Positions 35,568 to 48,030 are shown, counted from the whole stretch's first letter. The stretch is DNA of 63,473 nucleotides, filler included, from Globobulimina sp. (GCA_003354225.1; 57 parts of 57 records of this genome joined end to end with filler, not necessarily neighbours in it), one strand, 5' to 3'. Program-made: numbers and translations. The notes: a model not told the origin generated them from the sequence alone.

Positions 35568-36370
35568 TACTGCTAATATATTGAATAAATGGTGGACCTG
35601 TCAAGGNNNNNNNNNNNNNNNNNNNNNNNNNNNNNNNNNNNNNNNNNNNNTTAATTAATTAANNNNNNNNNNNNNNNNNNNNNNNNNNNNNNNNNNNNNN
35701 NNNNNNCAATTCTTCTTTTTTGTTATACAAATATCATTACGTTGTCGCTTTCCACAATGGCAACACAACGACTTGTTTGTAGTATGGGATTACAGTATGC
35801 ATTTTTTATATTTTGTTGCATGTTTTCGTTGTTTCCAGTGTGGAATGTGGGTGATAGCTAATCATATTATCGACTAATTTGTGATTGCAATGACTGGCAT
35901 CTTCTTTCCGTCTGAGGTTTTAGATGAATCACTTAACGATTCTCAAGGATGGTATTCAAGTAATTCAACGCACCAAAACTTTTTTGTCTTTTTGTTAGTA
36001 TTCATTTGTCAAATGTATTCACAGGCGTAAAATGATGAATTTACTTTAGAATATGACGTGTTTAGAAAATTAAAATCAATGCTTGGTTTGGCTATATTTG
36101 TTTATAAATTTGTATTAAAAATTCACTAAATATCGCTTGTTCATTGCTATTCTCTTTGTTTGTGTTATTTAAGGTTTCGTAATATTTTAATGCTTTGATC
36201 ACTCTTTGAATTGATTTACATTCATTTATTGTGCATTTGTCACTATCATTTATTCTTTTGTTTAAAAAAAACTTAAAATCAATGCTTGTATGGCTAAGAT
36301 TATTATTTGCGTGTTGATGACTCTTCATCACACGAATTCTGAAAGTTTTAAGACAGATTAAATAAATCAT

Positions 36371-36721
36371 TTAAATTTTCTCAATGGAAATATTAATAAT
36401 TTTAATCGGCTCAACCGGTTTTTTCGTATTTTTATCACATTTGACACATTCAATAGCTTGAATCACATCCATCCCTTTGGTGACTCTCCCAAATATCGTA
36501 TGTTTATTATCCAACCATTTTGCTTCCGTGCTCGTAATAAAAAACTGTGATCCATTCGTGTTTTTGCCCGCATTTGCCATTGAAAGCGTGCCCGGCCGGT
36601 CATGTTTTAAGGAGCGATGAAATTCATCATCGAAGACCGAGCCCCAAATGGATTTCCCGCCCGTTGAGTCTCACTTGGGATCACCAGTTTGGATCATAAA
36701 TCCACGAATCACCCGATGAAA
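36371..36721 (-). CDS. Cyclophilin domain, PPWD1-like, with an in-frame TGA (36671-36673); possibly a pseudogene
   Basis: [57 protein letters not shown]...[12 protein letters not shown]. Confidence 0.88.
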
Positions 36722-36822
36722 NNNNNNNNNNNNNNNNNNNNNNNNNNNNNNNNNNNNNNNNNNNNTTAATTAATTAANNNNNNNNNNNNNNNNNNNNNNN
36801 NNNNNNNNNNNNNNNNNNNNNA

Positions 36823-37656
36823 AAACATAAAGAATTTTATCATGGCATAAATATTAAAATGGTGTTTGGTGCATTAAGTGCAAAATTTTGTTCACCGACA
36901 TCAACGACAATATTAAAAGATGTGGCCATAAATTATGCAATGGAAGGAATAATATTAACTATTAACAATACTAAACACGAAATTAATTATTTTAATTGTA
37001 TTCCATTTTCTGATTTTCCAGGCGAAGCTGAAATGTTATTTATTTCTGGATTTAAGTGTTTGGAAATAAGCGGTTTGAGTGATTTATCGATATCAAGAGA
37101 CTATGATGAATATATTCGAGCTATTAAAATATTGCAATTATGTTTACATGGTATTCTATCTTTGGATAATTTATCTGATTCTTATTATAATATATTATCA
37201 CAATTAATAAATTATAAATTATCATCATCACAGTCAAAAAATGAATCAAATCCGTCGTCCATTCCACCATATATTATACATATTTTTGATCATATTTTAT
37301 CCTCATTTGGTGGAGTAAATATTGATGTTGGATTATTAAAAAAAGAGTTTGTATTTACAGATACTAGTCTTCGACCTCCACCACCTCCACAATATGGATA
37401 TCTTAAATTATTCTCATTATTTATGGATTCGTCGGATTGGATTCGTTTTAATGTTCTCCATCAATTGGTTCCTCAAATAAAAACAATATCAATTATGTGT
37501 ATGAAACATTCATCAAATAATTGTGATAAATGTGTATCCTCAATAAAGTTAACAGATGATATTTTTTTAGATATTTGTAACGTATTATCATATTGGTCAT
37601 TGGAACGGTTTACTATTATAAAACCATTAAATAGTTTAAAATCGATCCATATATAA
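36823..37656 (+). CDS. ADP-ribosyltransferase-fold-like protein (partial)
   Basis: FYHG...PTSTT..DVAINYA..GIIL...FSDFPGEAEMLF parallels the YRG/STS/ExE motifs of R-S-E ARTs. Confidence 0.6.
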   Translation, partial: KHKEFYHGINIKMVFGALSAKFCSPTSTTILKDVAINYAMEGIILTINNTKHEINYFNCIPFSDFPGEAEMLFISGFKCLEISGLSDLSISRDYDEYIRAIKILQLCLHGILSLDNLSDSYYNILSQLINYKLSSSQSKNESNPSSIPPYIIHIFDHILSSFGGVNIDVGLLKKEFVFTDTSLRPPPPPQYGYLKLFSLFMDSSDWIRFNVLHQLVPQIKTISIMCMKHSSNNCDKCVSSIKLTDDIFLDICNVLSYWSLERFTIIKPLNSLKSIHI

Positions 37657-37944
37657 TATTTGTAACTATTATAAAACCATTAAATAGTGTCTACATATTC
37701 ATTGGTGATCGATCCATACATAATATTTGGTATAAACGCCTTGCTCAAAGTAGATGGTCAAATTATGCTGTTTTTCACAACTGTGAGACACTTTCATTTG
37801 CCATAAAAAAACTTCAACTTTTTCACTAACCAAATANNNNNNNNNNNNNNNNNNNNNNNNNNNNNNNNNNNNNNNNNNNNTTAATTAATTAANNNNNNNN
37901 NNNNNNNNNNNNNNNNNNNNNNNNNNNNNNNNNNNNTTGTTGCA

Positions 37945-38802
37945 ATGGATATTTTTATTTCTGTGAAAAATATATTTGAAACCGTACATTTAATGTTTTT
38001 GACAAAGCTCGAAAAATACTTGAGACACGCAATGATGCCAAGGAAGAAGAAATTTAGGAAAACATATTCGCAGGAATATTACCGCCGTGCTACGTTTTTG
38101 ACGGCCTGCGTTAATTTCAAATCTTGCAAAGAAAATGCAATGTTGTTGTTGTATGGTTATACACGCGAACAAACAACGCATCTTCCACTGTATAAATATA
38201 TTCCCGATGATATTATGCATTTAATATATACCGTATGTTACAGAGAGAAAAAGTTCTACGAAGGAAATAACCACAATCATTGGGATGAAAAATCCATTGA
38301 GAAACTAAATAAATTTAACATTGGTGACGAATATAAAAAAATTGAACTGGATCAATGTAAAAATGTTGTTACAATATATGCAAATGATACTGGTGCTGCA
38401 CAGACCATTGTTGCCTCGAATAGAATCACAAATTCTCGAATTCGGAAAGTATGGAAGTTGAGGATATTGAAAACATTCGAGAATAGAGGGATTTCAATGG
38501 GAATATCAGTGCAAGAATATAACACATACAGTAAAATACGTGGCGAAGCAAAAAAATTTGATTTGATACATGCGGAGGATAATAATGAAGTGGAGGGCAA
38601 TGAAATTGTTATAAGAGAAGGCGATATGATAACAGTTTTATTCATCAATCACAGAGGAAAAGATAAGTTGACTCAGTATGCAATAAATGGCAGAGTTTAC
38701 CCACACAGAGAAATAAAACCAGAGGTGATGCAGTTATATCGCAGAAGGTATAGACTGGCTATAAGTGTTAAAGATAAAGTAGTCGTTGAATTGTTGAATT
38801 GA
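37945..38802 (+). CDS. Hypothetical protein with an F-box-like helix and a SPRY-like beta domain
   Basis: LLLYGYTRE...IPDDIMHLI, then WKLRI...MGI...EGDMITV...YAING...YRLAIS. Confidence 0.5.
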   Translation: MDIFISVKNIFETVHLMFLTKLEKYLRHAMMPRKKKFRKTYSQEYYRRATFLTACVNFKSCKENAMLLLYGYTREQTTHLPLYKYIPDDIMHLIYTVCYREKKFYEGNNHNHWDEKSIEKLNKFNIGDEYKKIELDQCKNVVTIYANDTGAAQTIVASNRITNSRIRKVWKLRILKTFENRGISMGISVQEYNTYSKIRGEAKKFDLIHAEDNNEVEGNEIVIREGDMITVLFINHRGKDKLTQYAINGRVYPHREIKPEVMQLYRRRYRLAISVKDKVVVELLN

Positions 38803-40180
38803 TGCTTCTTTTTTCTACAAAAATCATTTAAGCACAATACTGTTAATATATCACTTGTTTTACTCAGCAACGAAAAGTGGGTTTTACCACCTGACACTAA
38901 GCACTATAGGATAGTTTCGGTGATGTATAATAACTCCAAATTATTCGCTCCNNNNNNNNNNNNNNNNNNNNNNNNNNNNNNNNNNNNNNNNNNNNTTAAT
39001 TAATTAANNNNNNNNNNNNNNNNNNNNNNNNNNNNNNNNNNNNNNNNNNNNGATTATATTCCCAAATTGAAGATTTGTTGTACATTTTGATATATTTGTT
39101 TGTTACTTTTGATCTATTTTTTTTTTGGTTTACATAAACTTTTATCTACAATATCCCACCCCACCATTCACACACACTGCAGACACAACTATTGTGGTGA
39201 TCGGACTTCAACTTTTGGAGTTGATAGCTAACCACAATAAATTAGCTCAATGCAGTGGGGATTTTGAATTTTGGTATCAAAGATTATCCAAAAATCACAT
39301 CAGAAATATGGCCAAGTCAGTATTAACTCTCACAAGTAACGAACCAATATCAAAATACCCAACAAAACTAAATTTATGGGAATATATCATTAATTGATTG
39401 GAATATATATGGTATCGATGTGAGTCTGTAAAACTATTTCATTCATATCATAGGGATACCACAGAATCGGTTATATTATTAGTTTATCGGTTATTTTTAT
39501 CAACATTTAACAACACAGTCACATCCATCAACATTTCAGTGGATTCCATAAAATCCAAATACCTCTTAAAGAGGTTCAAAAAGATTATACAAACCAGCAC
39601 TATAATCTTGCCGTATTTTTATTACATAATACCACATAATATAGTTTCATTAGTTTGTGCCCCAAAGATTATTATATAAACAATATCCAGATATAAATCC
39701 AATTCCTGGCACATCATACGACATGATTTTAAATTTATTATAAAATGCAAGGCTCCATCTAATTTATCTGCAGTCAAATCCGCGGTGTTTCCAAAAGGTA
39801 GTATTCTAATTCTAATCTGAGTCATTTACAACAACACACAAAAACCTTTACCAACTCCATTTTCCAACCTTTGTTTCAACCATGAATTATAGCCACTTGC
39901 TAATGCTAATAATAATATTAGCGTATTTCTCACAGACTTCAGTTTGTCAGACACATCAAGAAGAAGCAAATGCGCGTGCAAACCGAGGCTCATTATCAGC
40001 CATTGGTAATATTCCTCGATATGGCGGTGATGCAACATTAGATAGAGACGATTTTTCCGACCCAATNNNNNNNNNNNNNNNNNNNNNNNNNNNNNNNNNN
40101 NNNNNNNNNNTTAATTAATTAANNNNNNNNNNNNNNNNNNNNNNNNNNNNNNNNNNNNNNNNNNNNCACAGAATGCCGCA

Positions 40181-40930
40181 TCACCTGCGCTTATTGTTGT
40201 TGGTGTTCGATGGGAAATTGTTGGGAAATGATGGATTGACGGACATTGGGATAGGAACTACATTGGATTGGATTGTCTGCTTAAATGTATACAAGCAGTC
40301 TTCAGGGACATTTTGTATGACTTGCAACAATTTATGCTCTGATTTGCTCATTTGAGCCCATGCATGCGCGAAATCCGCCCCTTTCCAACAGAGCCGAGCT
40401 TCGGAGCTGTGAAAGCGAAAGCGGTTCACGCTGAACAAAATACCGATCCTCTGCCAGAATACGGGTGGCGAGATCGCTTTGTCATTGATCATCGGCACTA
40501 CGTTGGTGTTAATGAGCACCCTCAACTCCTTAAGATGCCTCGTAATAAAATTCACCAAACCCGCATATTTTTGTGCATTCGCTTTCTGATATAATACATC
40601 AAAAGCCCTCTCCGCAAAGGTCGTCCAAAAAACATGAAAGTTGGACTTTTTCGCAATAAAAGCCCGTAGCGCCGCCGTGATGGACTGACCCCACTTCAAA
40701 TAAAATTGCCAATACATATACCACGTATATTTGATCAACGTGAATATGCATCCAAATCCATCAAATAATAAATGAATACATTCATCCAACGCCAGTTTGA
40801 CGTCGGCTTGCTTCGCAAGTAAAATCCCATCGGATTTAGCCCGTTTTTGGCTTAATATACTATCTGATATGATACAAAACGCAGAATACATAAACGTTTG
40901 ATTGGTTGCATTAGCAACGACGGTATACAC
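40181..40930 (-). CDS. Hypothetical protein
   Basis: 249-codon ORF with no recognised motif. Confidence 0.45.
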   Translation of the reverse strand: MYTVVANATNQTFMYSAFCIISDSILSQKRAKSDGILLAKQADVKLALDECIHLLFDGFGCIFTLIKYTWYMYWQFYLKWGQSITAALRAFIAKKSNFHVFWTTFAERAFDVLYQKANAQKYAGLVNFITRHLKELRVLINTNVVPMINDKAISPPVFWQRIGILFSVNRFRFHSSEARLCWKGADFAHAWAQMSKSEHKLLQVIQNVPEDCLYTFKQTIQSNVVPIPMSVNPSFPNNFPSNTNNNKRR

Positions 40931-41283
40931 TCAAATGTTCGATCATTGGAGAGATGCGAGCAAAGAGACACAAATGGAAACGGCAAACTTACTACGTACA
41001 AAAGGGAAAACTCCACGGAAACCAGACCCGGTTCGCAGAGCACGGAAAAAAGGTTAGGAACGTTGTATTACAGTTTGCTTACATCCGCTGACGATGCGCA
41101 AACTTGACGTCAATACAGAGCGTTATTCGCTAACTCACAGAGAACACAAACAAAACAGACACGGAACAATATTATGAGTGTNNNNNNNNNNNNNNNNNNN
41201 NNNNNNNNNNNNNNNNNNNNNNNNNTTAATTAATTAANNNNNNNNNNNNNNNNNNNNNNNNNNNNNNNNNNNNNNNNNNNNAT

Positions 41284-42296
41284 TCTGAACAGGAAGAAGA
41301 TGCTAATGAGCACCCAAACATTCAAGAAACAGAAATTGATACCTCATCAAATCCAGACGATGACAATAATAACGATTTAGAAGACTTACCGTTATCACTC
41401 GATTCGTGGGAATCGTTAGATTTACACAAAAACACTTTATTAGCTCTATACAAACAAGGATTTGAGAAAATGATGAAAATCCAAGAATTATCCATCCCGC
41501 TCTTATTAACTGGCGAGAACTTAGTTGGTTCGGCACGCACTGGTTCTGGTAAGACATTAGCATTTCTAGTGCCAACCATTGAAATCATATTAGACAACGA
41601 CTGGGATTATAGAGCCGATGGTGTGGCCGCATTGATCATTGCGCCCACTCGCGAGTTAGCTATGCAAATCAGACATGTTGGCAATAATATTTGTGAATTT
41701 CATGCGATGTTGAAACTTGGTTTACTGATTGGCGGCAACCCGCGTCATTCGGATATTGTCCATATCACCAAAGGTATGACGATATGCATAGCGACACCCG
41801 GCCGGTTATTGGATCACTTAATAAGAACCAAAGAGTTTCAATGTAAAAACGTTAAAATATTGGTGTTGGATGAAGCGGATAGAATATTGGACGAAGGCTA
41901 CGAGAAAGAGATTAAAGAGATTTTAAAATATTTACCCAAAAAAAGGCGGCAAACCATACTGTTTTCAGCCACACAAACGCAGAAAACCAAGGATTTGATC
42001 CGCTTATCGTTTAACAAGAAACCGCACTTTGTGGATGATGGCAGCTGTATTGATTACTCACTTATTATTAAAACGAAAGGCAGCAAAAATAATGTGGTGC
42101 CAACCAGAGAATGTTTAGGTTTGTCAATGTATTTTTTGTGCACAAAATTGAGAGTAAAGTCAATATAAACAGTCCAAGGATACATTTTGGTGGATGTTCG
42201 ATATAAATTTTTATTGTTGTTTAGTTTTATAAAGAAACATTATTTGAATAAGAAGATAATGGTTTTTTTCAGTACTGTTTTTGTGACAAAACATTT
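41284..42296 (+). CDS. DDX18: DEAD-box RNA helicase, HAS1/DDX18 subfamily (partial)
   Basis: ARTGSGKTLAF, PTRELA, TPGRLLDHL, DEAD and SATQT motifs. Intron 42119-42172 gives QGY...KFLLLFSFIKK...KKIMVFFS. Confidence 0.88.
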
Positions 42297-42401
42297 NNNN
42301 NNNNNNNNNNNNNNNNNNNNNNNNNNNNNNNNNNNNNNNNTTAATTAATTAANNNNNNNNNNNNNNNNNNNNNNNNNNNNNNNNNNNNNNNNNNNNACAT
42401 A

Positions 42402-42641
42402 TTTTCATAATCATTGTCGTTCATGTTTTAGGATCCATAGACTTTTGGGATTTTGGAACTTTGCGATTCTTCCGTCCCGCTGCAGATAAAAACGTTTCTC
42501 AAGGTTTTGAGCAGGTTTTTCTGTCAAACAGCAACGCATTTGTTAACTTATAACGTTTTTGTCAGCCAGCAATTGATTTCTGCTCAGAGGCAAAGTTCTA
42601 AAAGTCCTGGAATTCCTAAAAAACGACAATGATTATGAAAA
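42402..42641. mobile_element. MITE-like element (240 bp) with terminal inverted repeats
   Basis: TTTTCATAATCATTGTCGTT (42402-42421) is the exact reverse complement of 42622-42641, and the pairing extends imperfectly inward. Confidence 0.55.
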
Positions 42642-43513
42642 GAAACTGAGCGACAATGATTTTGACAATTAGTATAATCGTCCAGTCCTATTTGTGATCG
42701 ATGATTATATGACAATCGACACTGTTGATATATTCCACTGACAAACAAGACGTGTCAATTATAAAAATAACAAACAACATTCATATCTCATTATTGACTG
42801 CAGTCTGCAGTGATTGTTTGAGAAAAGAAGTAAAAAAAGATAAAAAGGAAAAATAATAATAATAATATATTAAGTTGAGTTAGCAATAATCCTATTTAAA
42901 CGTAGTAAGTTCGTAGCATCCAATCTCTTCCTTCCTCCATGGTCATTTCCAATATGAAATGTGAGAAATTCGTCCCGTAAAACGTTACCTTTATTTGACA
43001 ATCCTCGCAAAACCCGTTGGAATACATTACCCCATGGACCCTATATACAATATACATTCATGCTTTTATAACTGATAAATGGCAAGAAATTTCGGAGCCA
43101 TGCAATAAATCTAAAACAAGGTTGTACGTACAACTGAAACAATATACTACACATACTCGCAAGTCTACAAAAACTGTTTCCATTCTGACAGTGTAGCGTT
43201 GTCATATGACAGTATATTGTTCTATTTGTCCATATTGTGTTTGCAAATCAATGGTATTTACAGCACAATTGGTACAAAGACAGACGCTCTACTTTATTAC
43301 ATTTTCAGTTTTTATAACAACAAGTTGTACGAAATTTCATATACAATTCTAAATATAACTTTTTTGTTTGAAAAAAGTTATTTTTTTTGTCATCCATAAA
43401 AGGCAGTGATGNNNNNNNNNNNNNNNNNNNNNNNNNNNNNNNNNNNNNNNNNNNNTTAATTAATTAANNNNNNNNNNNNNNNNNNNNNNNNNNNNNNNNN
43501 NNNNNNNNNNNCG

Positions 43514-44526
43514 AATCACAATAACAAACACAAAATACTTGACGGAAGAGCTCAAAATCCTGACAATTCAGGCATTTATGAGAACATACGTATACATTAC
43601 GACACCTCCCAACTAGAAACTGATTGGTCAGACTACAGCAAGAAATCCTATTTTGTAGATGATGTAATCCCAGCAGCATATGAATGGCTAATGAAAGTGA
43701 TCTCAGTTCGGCCCGTTTCAGGAGCATTAACATTTGATGTACGTTGCGATAATAATGATGGAACGGTATGGACCTCCGGACCAAACAGAGGACAATGTGT
43801 GGAACCAAATGACGACTGGCAACAATGTGGCGATACAGGCGCAATTATCCCACAATATATGTTTGATTCGCAGTTAATATGTCGCGAAGCTGATGGTGAC
43901 TGTGAGTCGTCGACCTATGCCCAAGGCGACGGCATGTCTGCCACCGATTTAGTTATATTCTTTACAGGCGACCCAAGCAGAGATAATAGCAAACATTGCG
44001 ACAACGTGATGGGCTTCGCAGCATATTGCCATACAAACGCGCGAGATCGCCCTATCGCTGGCTACGTGAATCTATGTCGATCTACAATTGATTCCACCGA
44101 TGTGTTAACGTGGGAGGAGACCATCTCATTAATTGTCCACGAAACCTTTCACGTTTTAGGTTTCAGCTCTGATGGTTTTGATCACTTTAAGAATGAGGAT
44201 GGTACGGACCGCACCGATGTATATTCGAAGATCGTCAAACGTGGCAAATTGCGCGCTGTCATAACCTTACCTACGGTGGTCGAGAAAGCGCAGCAATTCT
44301 TTGACTGTGCCAGTATGGACGGCATAGAGTTGGAGGACTACGGTGTGGATTGGGCCGGTGAGCCCGCCTCGCATTGGGATAATCGCATCGTTGCTTATGA
44401 TTTTATGATAAGTTATGTGCCGCCGGCTGCACCCTATGGGCTATTCACATTAGCTGTGTTGCACGATAGTGGCTGGTATGACATTAACTGGAAGTATGCG
44501 CAAGAAACGCCGCATGGCAGAGGCAA
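43514..44526 (+). CDS. Leishmanolysin/GP63-like metalloprotease (peptidase M8), partial
   Basis: RPIAGYVNLC, HETFHVLGF (HExxH), GIELED...SHW..R...M, and TLAVLHDSGWY. Confidence 0.93.
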
Positions 44527-44626
44527 NNNNNNNNNNNNNNNNNNNNNNNNNNNNNNNNNNNNNNNNNNNNTTAATTAATTAANNNNNNNNNNNNNNNNNN
44601 NNNNNNNNNNNNNNNNNNNNNNNNNN

Positions 44627-45641
44627 AGTGCTCAATCTTCTGATGTTGTGGGCTATTACAGATACCAACTCAAACAAATCAACAAGTTGATTGATAAACT
44701 GGAAAAACACACACACAAAGTGGTCTTATTTTCATTCAATGGAGCCAGGTATGGATTAATAATCAGTATATAAAATATAAAACTATTTTTTGCAGGTTTG
44801 ACATGAAACTGTGTCGTGACCATCTAATTGAACAACTATTCAAAAACGAACAGACAAAACCAACAGCATGTATAAAACGAAATGGCGCATATACATTGTT
44901 ATCAACAGAAAAACTGGTATTCAGGGATTTTGCTCAACTATTACCTCCAGGTAAACAATTTTGCAGAAATGGTATGCTGTAAGTATATACATAGATATTT
45001 AGGTACATCACTGGATAAATTCCTAAAAAGTCAATCAGTCTCAGTATTGAAATCAATATTTCCCTATGACTGGATGGATTGCCTACAGAAGGTAAAATAA
45101 ATGCTATCTAACAATAGTTTTACATACACACTCAAAATTTTAATTTCAGCTGGAACAAAACCATTTACCACCAAGAGAAGTTTTTTATAACAGCCTAACA
45201 AAACAAAATGTCTCCATGGCCGACTATACTGCAGCACAATCAATATTCCAATCTTCTTGCTCAAATATGTGGGATTACTTGGAAGAGTAAACAATATTCA
45301 TCTTTGACATACATATCAGTACCAACATTCCATTCTTTCAGCTATAACATAAAGGATGTAGAAGGGTTTGTACCTGCAATAGAATCAATGCAACAACAGT
45401 GGAAACAACTCGATCTATGCCTCATCAACGACGGTATTAGCTTATCATCCTTGGCATACAAACTCATGCATAGATCAGCGGCACCTAAACAATCGGTTAT
45501 TTGGCTGCCCAGGCGTCAAGAAAAATTTGTATTTGACGCCATTTCAAAGGCTATCATTGGTAAGTTTGATTGTTTCTCCTTTTGATATATAATACATAAA
45601 ATGATCATGTTTAGGTGGCCCATCCCTCTGCTCTACCCGTT
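44627..45641 (+). CDS. Polinton/Maverick-type protein-primed DNA polymerase B, six-exon internal fragment (not resolved by ORF track)
   Basis: GT-AG introns at 44749-44795, 44951-45002, 45092-45149, 45287-45341 and 45560-45614. The spliced frame is stop-free: FNGARFD...FRDFAQLLPPGTSLDKFLK...KSIFPYDWMD...LPPREVFYNSL...DYLEDYNIKDV...DGISLSSLA...IIGGPS. Confidence 0.88.
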
Positions 45642-45742
45642 NNNNNNNNNNNNNNNNNNNNNNNNNNNNNNNNNNNNNNNNNNNNTTAATTAATTAANNN
45701 NNNNNNNNNNNNNNNNNNNNNNNNNNNNNNNNNNNNNNNNNT

Positions 45743-46736
45743 AAATTTGAACAAAAAAATGGACAAATTGATTAATCAGAAAAAATTCAAAGTTCCCGAG
45801 GACTTTCTAAATTGGATCCCAGTCCCGATTGGAAAACGACACGTTTTCCCTTTCAAATGTAATGTGGCAAAGCATAGTTTTCGGCAATGTATTTTCGGAA
45901 CTCAGGTAATTCATTTTGTTTATTGTGTGATAAGTGTGACCATGTCGACGATGGTTGACACTTTTAGTCATAACCAGTTTACTGATCAGTTTAACCATGG
46001 TGAAGATCATTGACAGTTTTGGTCATGACCAGTTTACTGGTCAGTGTGACCATGGCGACGATGGTTTACCATTCTGACAATGACCAGTTTATTGATCAGT
46101 GTGGCCATGTCGACGATGGTTTGACAGTTTTTTTGTCATGACCAGTTTACTGATCAGTGTGACCATTGCAACGATGGTTGCCCCGCTATAATTATAACCA
46201 GTTTTCTGATCAGTGTGATTTATGTGACCAGGGCTACAACTAAAAGTTATGTTAAAAATTTTCGATTTTCAGTGTCAAATGTTTATCAAGGAAAAAGCAC
46301 ATTGTGACGTCGAGTTTTTTGTCTCATGGAAGAAGGAAAATAAAACTAGAAAGCGTAAATCTACCAATGACCTGAAGGACAATGCACCCCTTCCCAAACC
46401 CATCGACATGCTTGCATGTTGTTGTTATTGTTACGATGTTGTTATCAAACCACTCTTTGTAAAGGCAAACACCGTCTACCACCATGAAGAGTCTTTAGGT
46501 TATTTTCGTGTTGATATTCGACAACAAGGATATTATCAAACCATACAAACTAACGGTCCAGGATTATTGTCCTGTTGCAATCCTGACTGTCCAACCACTG
46601 ACCAAGTCATTTGGAGGTTTTTTCACCTTGCGTATTATTTCCTGAGAAAAAGTTTCATTGTTATTGTATGAGCTGCTTTGAGCAACACCAACCCAATATT
46701 GCGGATTGCCCAAAATGCCAATTTGACACAACATAA
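45743..46736 (+). CDS. Spliced Cys-rich gene with a probable C-terminal RING-like finger (frameshifted at the T run near 46620)
   Basis: Intron 45906-46273. CCNPDC is followed in a shifted frame by PC...HCYCMSC...CPKC*. Confidence 0.45.
45928..46218 (+). repeat. About 55-bp minisatellite, about 5 copies, intronic
   Basis: ACCAGTTT anchor at 45973, 46028, 46083, 46141 and 46197. Confidence 0.92.
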
Positions 46737-46856
46737 GACATGTTGCAATACAGCCANNNNNNNNNNNNNNNNNNNNNNNNNNNNNNNNNNNNNNNNNNNN
46801 TTAATTAATTAANNNNNNNNNNNNNNNNNNNNNNNNNNNNNNNNNNNNNNNNNNNN

Positions 46857-47871
46857 GTTTTTTACGCTTAAATTAGTGGATGTTATTAAAGCCAACAAAA
46901 TGGATATACATGATTTTGAACATATAATTTTTTTGAACACCGTTGTGGTTGATTTACACAAAAAATTTAAAAAAGTAATTAAAGCATACGTTTGTGTAAA
47001 AAAATCAGTTGAGGTGAAATAAGAACTTATGGTATTTAAATAACATAAATCCATATTATTTAAAGTAAATTGTTTATGCGATGTTATCCGTGCTGCAATT
47101 AATGATATTAATGAATGGATGCTCGACAATGAATATTCTACATCATTATTATTGTCAGATACAATATTATTTAAATCAAAAAATATTTTGTGTAAGGTTT
47201 CTAACGCAAACAATGGAAATTTTTTATGTATATTGATTGGTTGCTGATTGTTTATGATTTGTTGATGTTGTGTGGTTAAATAATAATCTCTGCCATTTAT
47301 AACTTGTTTGCTATTCAAACTGCATAAATTAGCTATGGTTGATAATGAAACATAACAATGTTTTAATGAATTTATATAATTTAACGTGATTTGCAATGAA
47401 GATTCGATACATTTTTCATCGACTAATAATTCCAAACATTGTTTATTTTGCGATAAATTATATAAGGACAATGAGGATAAAAATGAATGATATGACGATG
47501 TTTGTGTATTAATTATAATATCATTTATTAATGATTTAACAATATTTGGTTCATCACCAATCAATAATTTATTTTGATAGTGTTCAATTTTTGCAATATA
47601 TGACGTTATGGTCAATAATAATCGTTCGATTTTTAAATGTCTATTCGCTCTATTCTGGGTTGTATAATTTTGTAAGCTCTCTAAATTTGTTCTATTTTTA
47701 TTTATTTCAAATAAATATCGCAACATTTTTATTAAATCTTGACCATATACTTCGTTTTCTAAATCTTGCCATTCATTGCGAGATATTATATTTTTCAACG
47801 CAGTCAATGCTAATAAACGAACATAAGAATCGTTTGACTGAGCATATTGTATTAACAATTTAAATATGGAA
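46857..47871 (-). CDS. Armadillo/HEAT-like repeat protein (internal fragment)
   Basis: VRLLALTALKNI, SLSLYNLS and LSTIANLC helical repeats in a contig-spanning frame. Confidence 0.65.
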
Positions 47872-48030
47872 NNNNNNNNNNNNNNNNNNNNNNNNNNNNN
47901 NNNNNNNNNNNNNNNTTAATTAATTAANNNNNNNNNNNNNNNNNNNNNNNNNNNNNNNNNNNNNNNNNNNNACAACTATAATTACGAATTTGGAGGTTGA
48001 GTAGACCAGACAGGTTCGATTCCTCTCTGA

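Noticed and set aside
39125-39679. Two same-frame ORFs separated by one TGA as a readthrough gene
   Set aside because: Neither part has a recognisable motif, so there is no evidence that it is coding.
44882-45585. Short ORF-track ORFs in the pPolB contig as separate genes
   Set aside because: They are exon fragments or antisense shadows of the spliced polymerase.
45928-46218. 55-bp repeat as CRISPR or a coding repeat
   Set aside because: Degenerate head-to-tail minisatellite inside a GT-AG intron.
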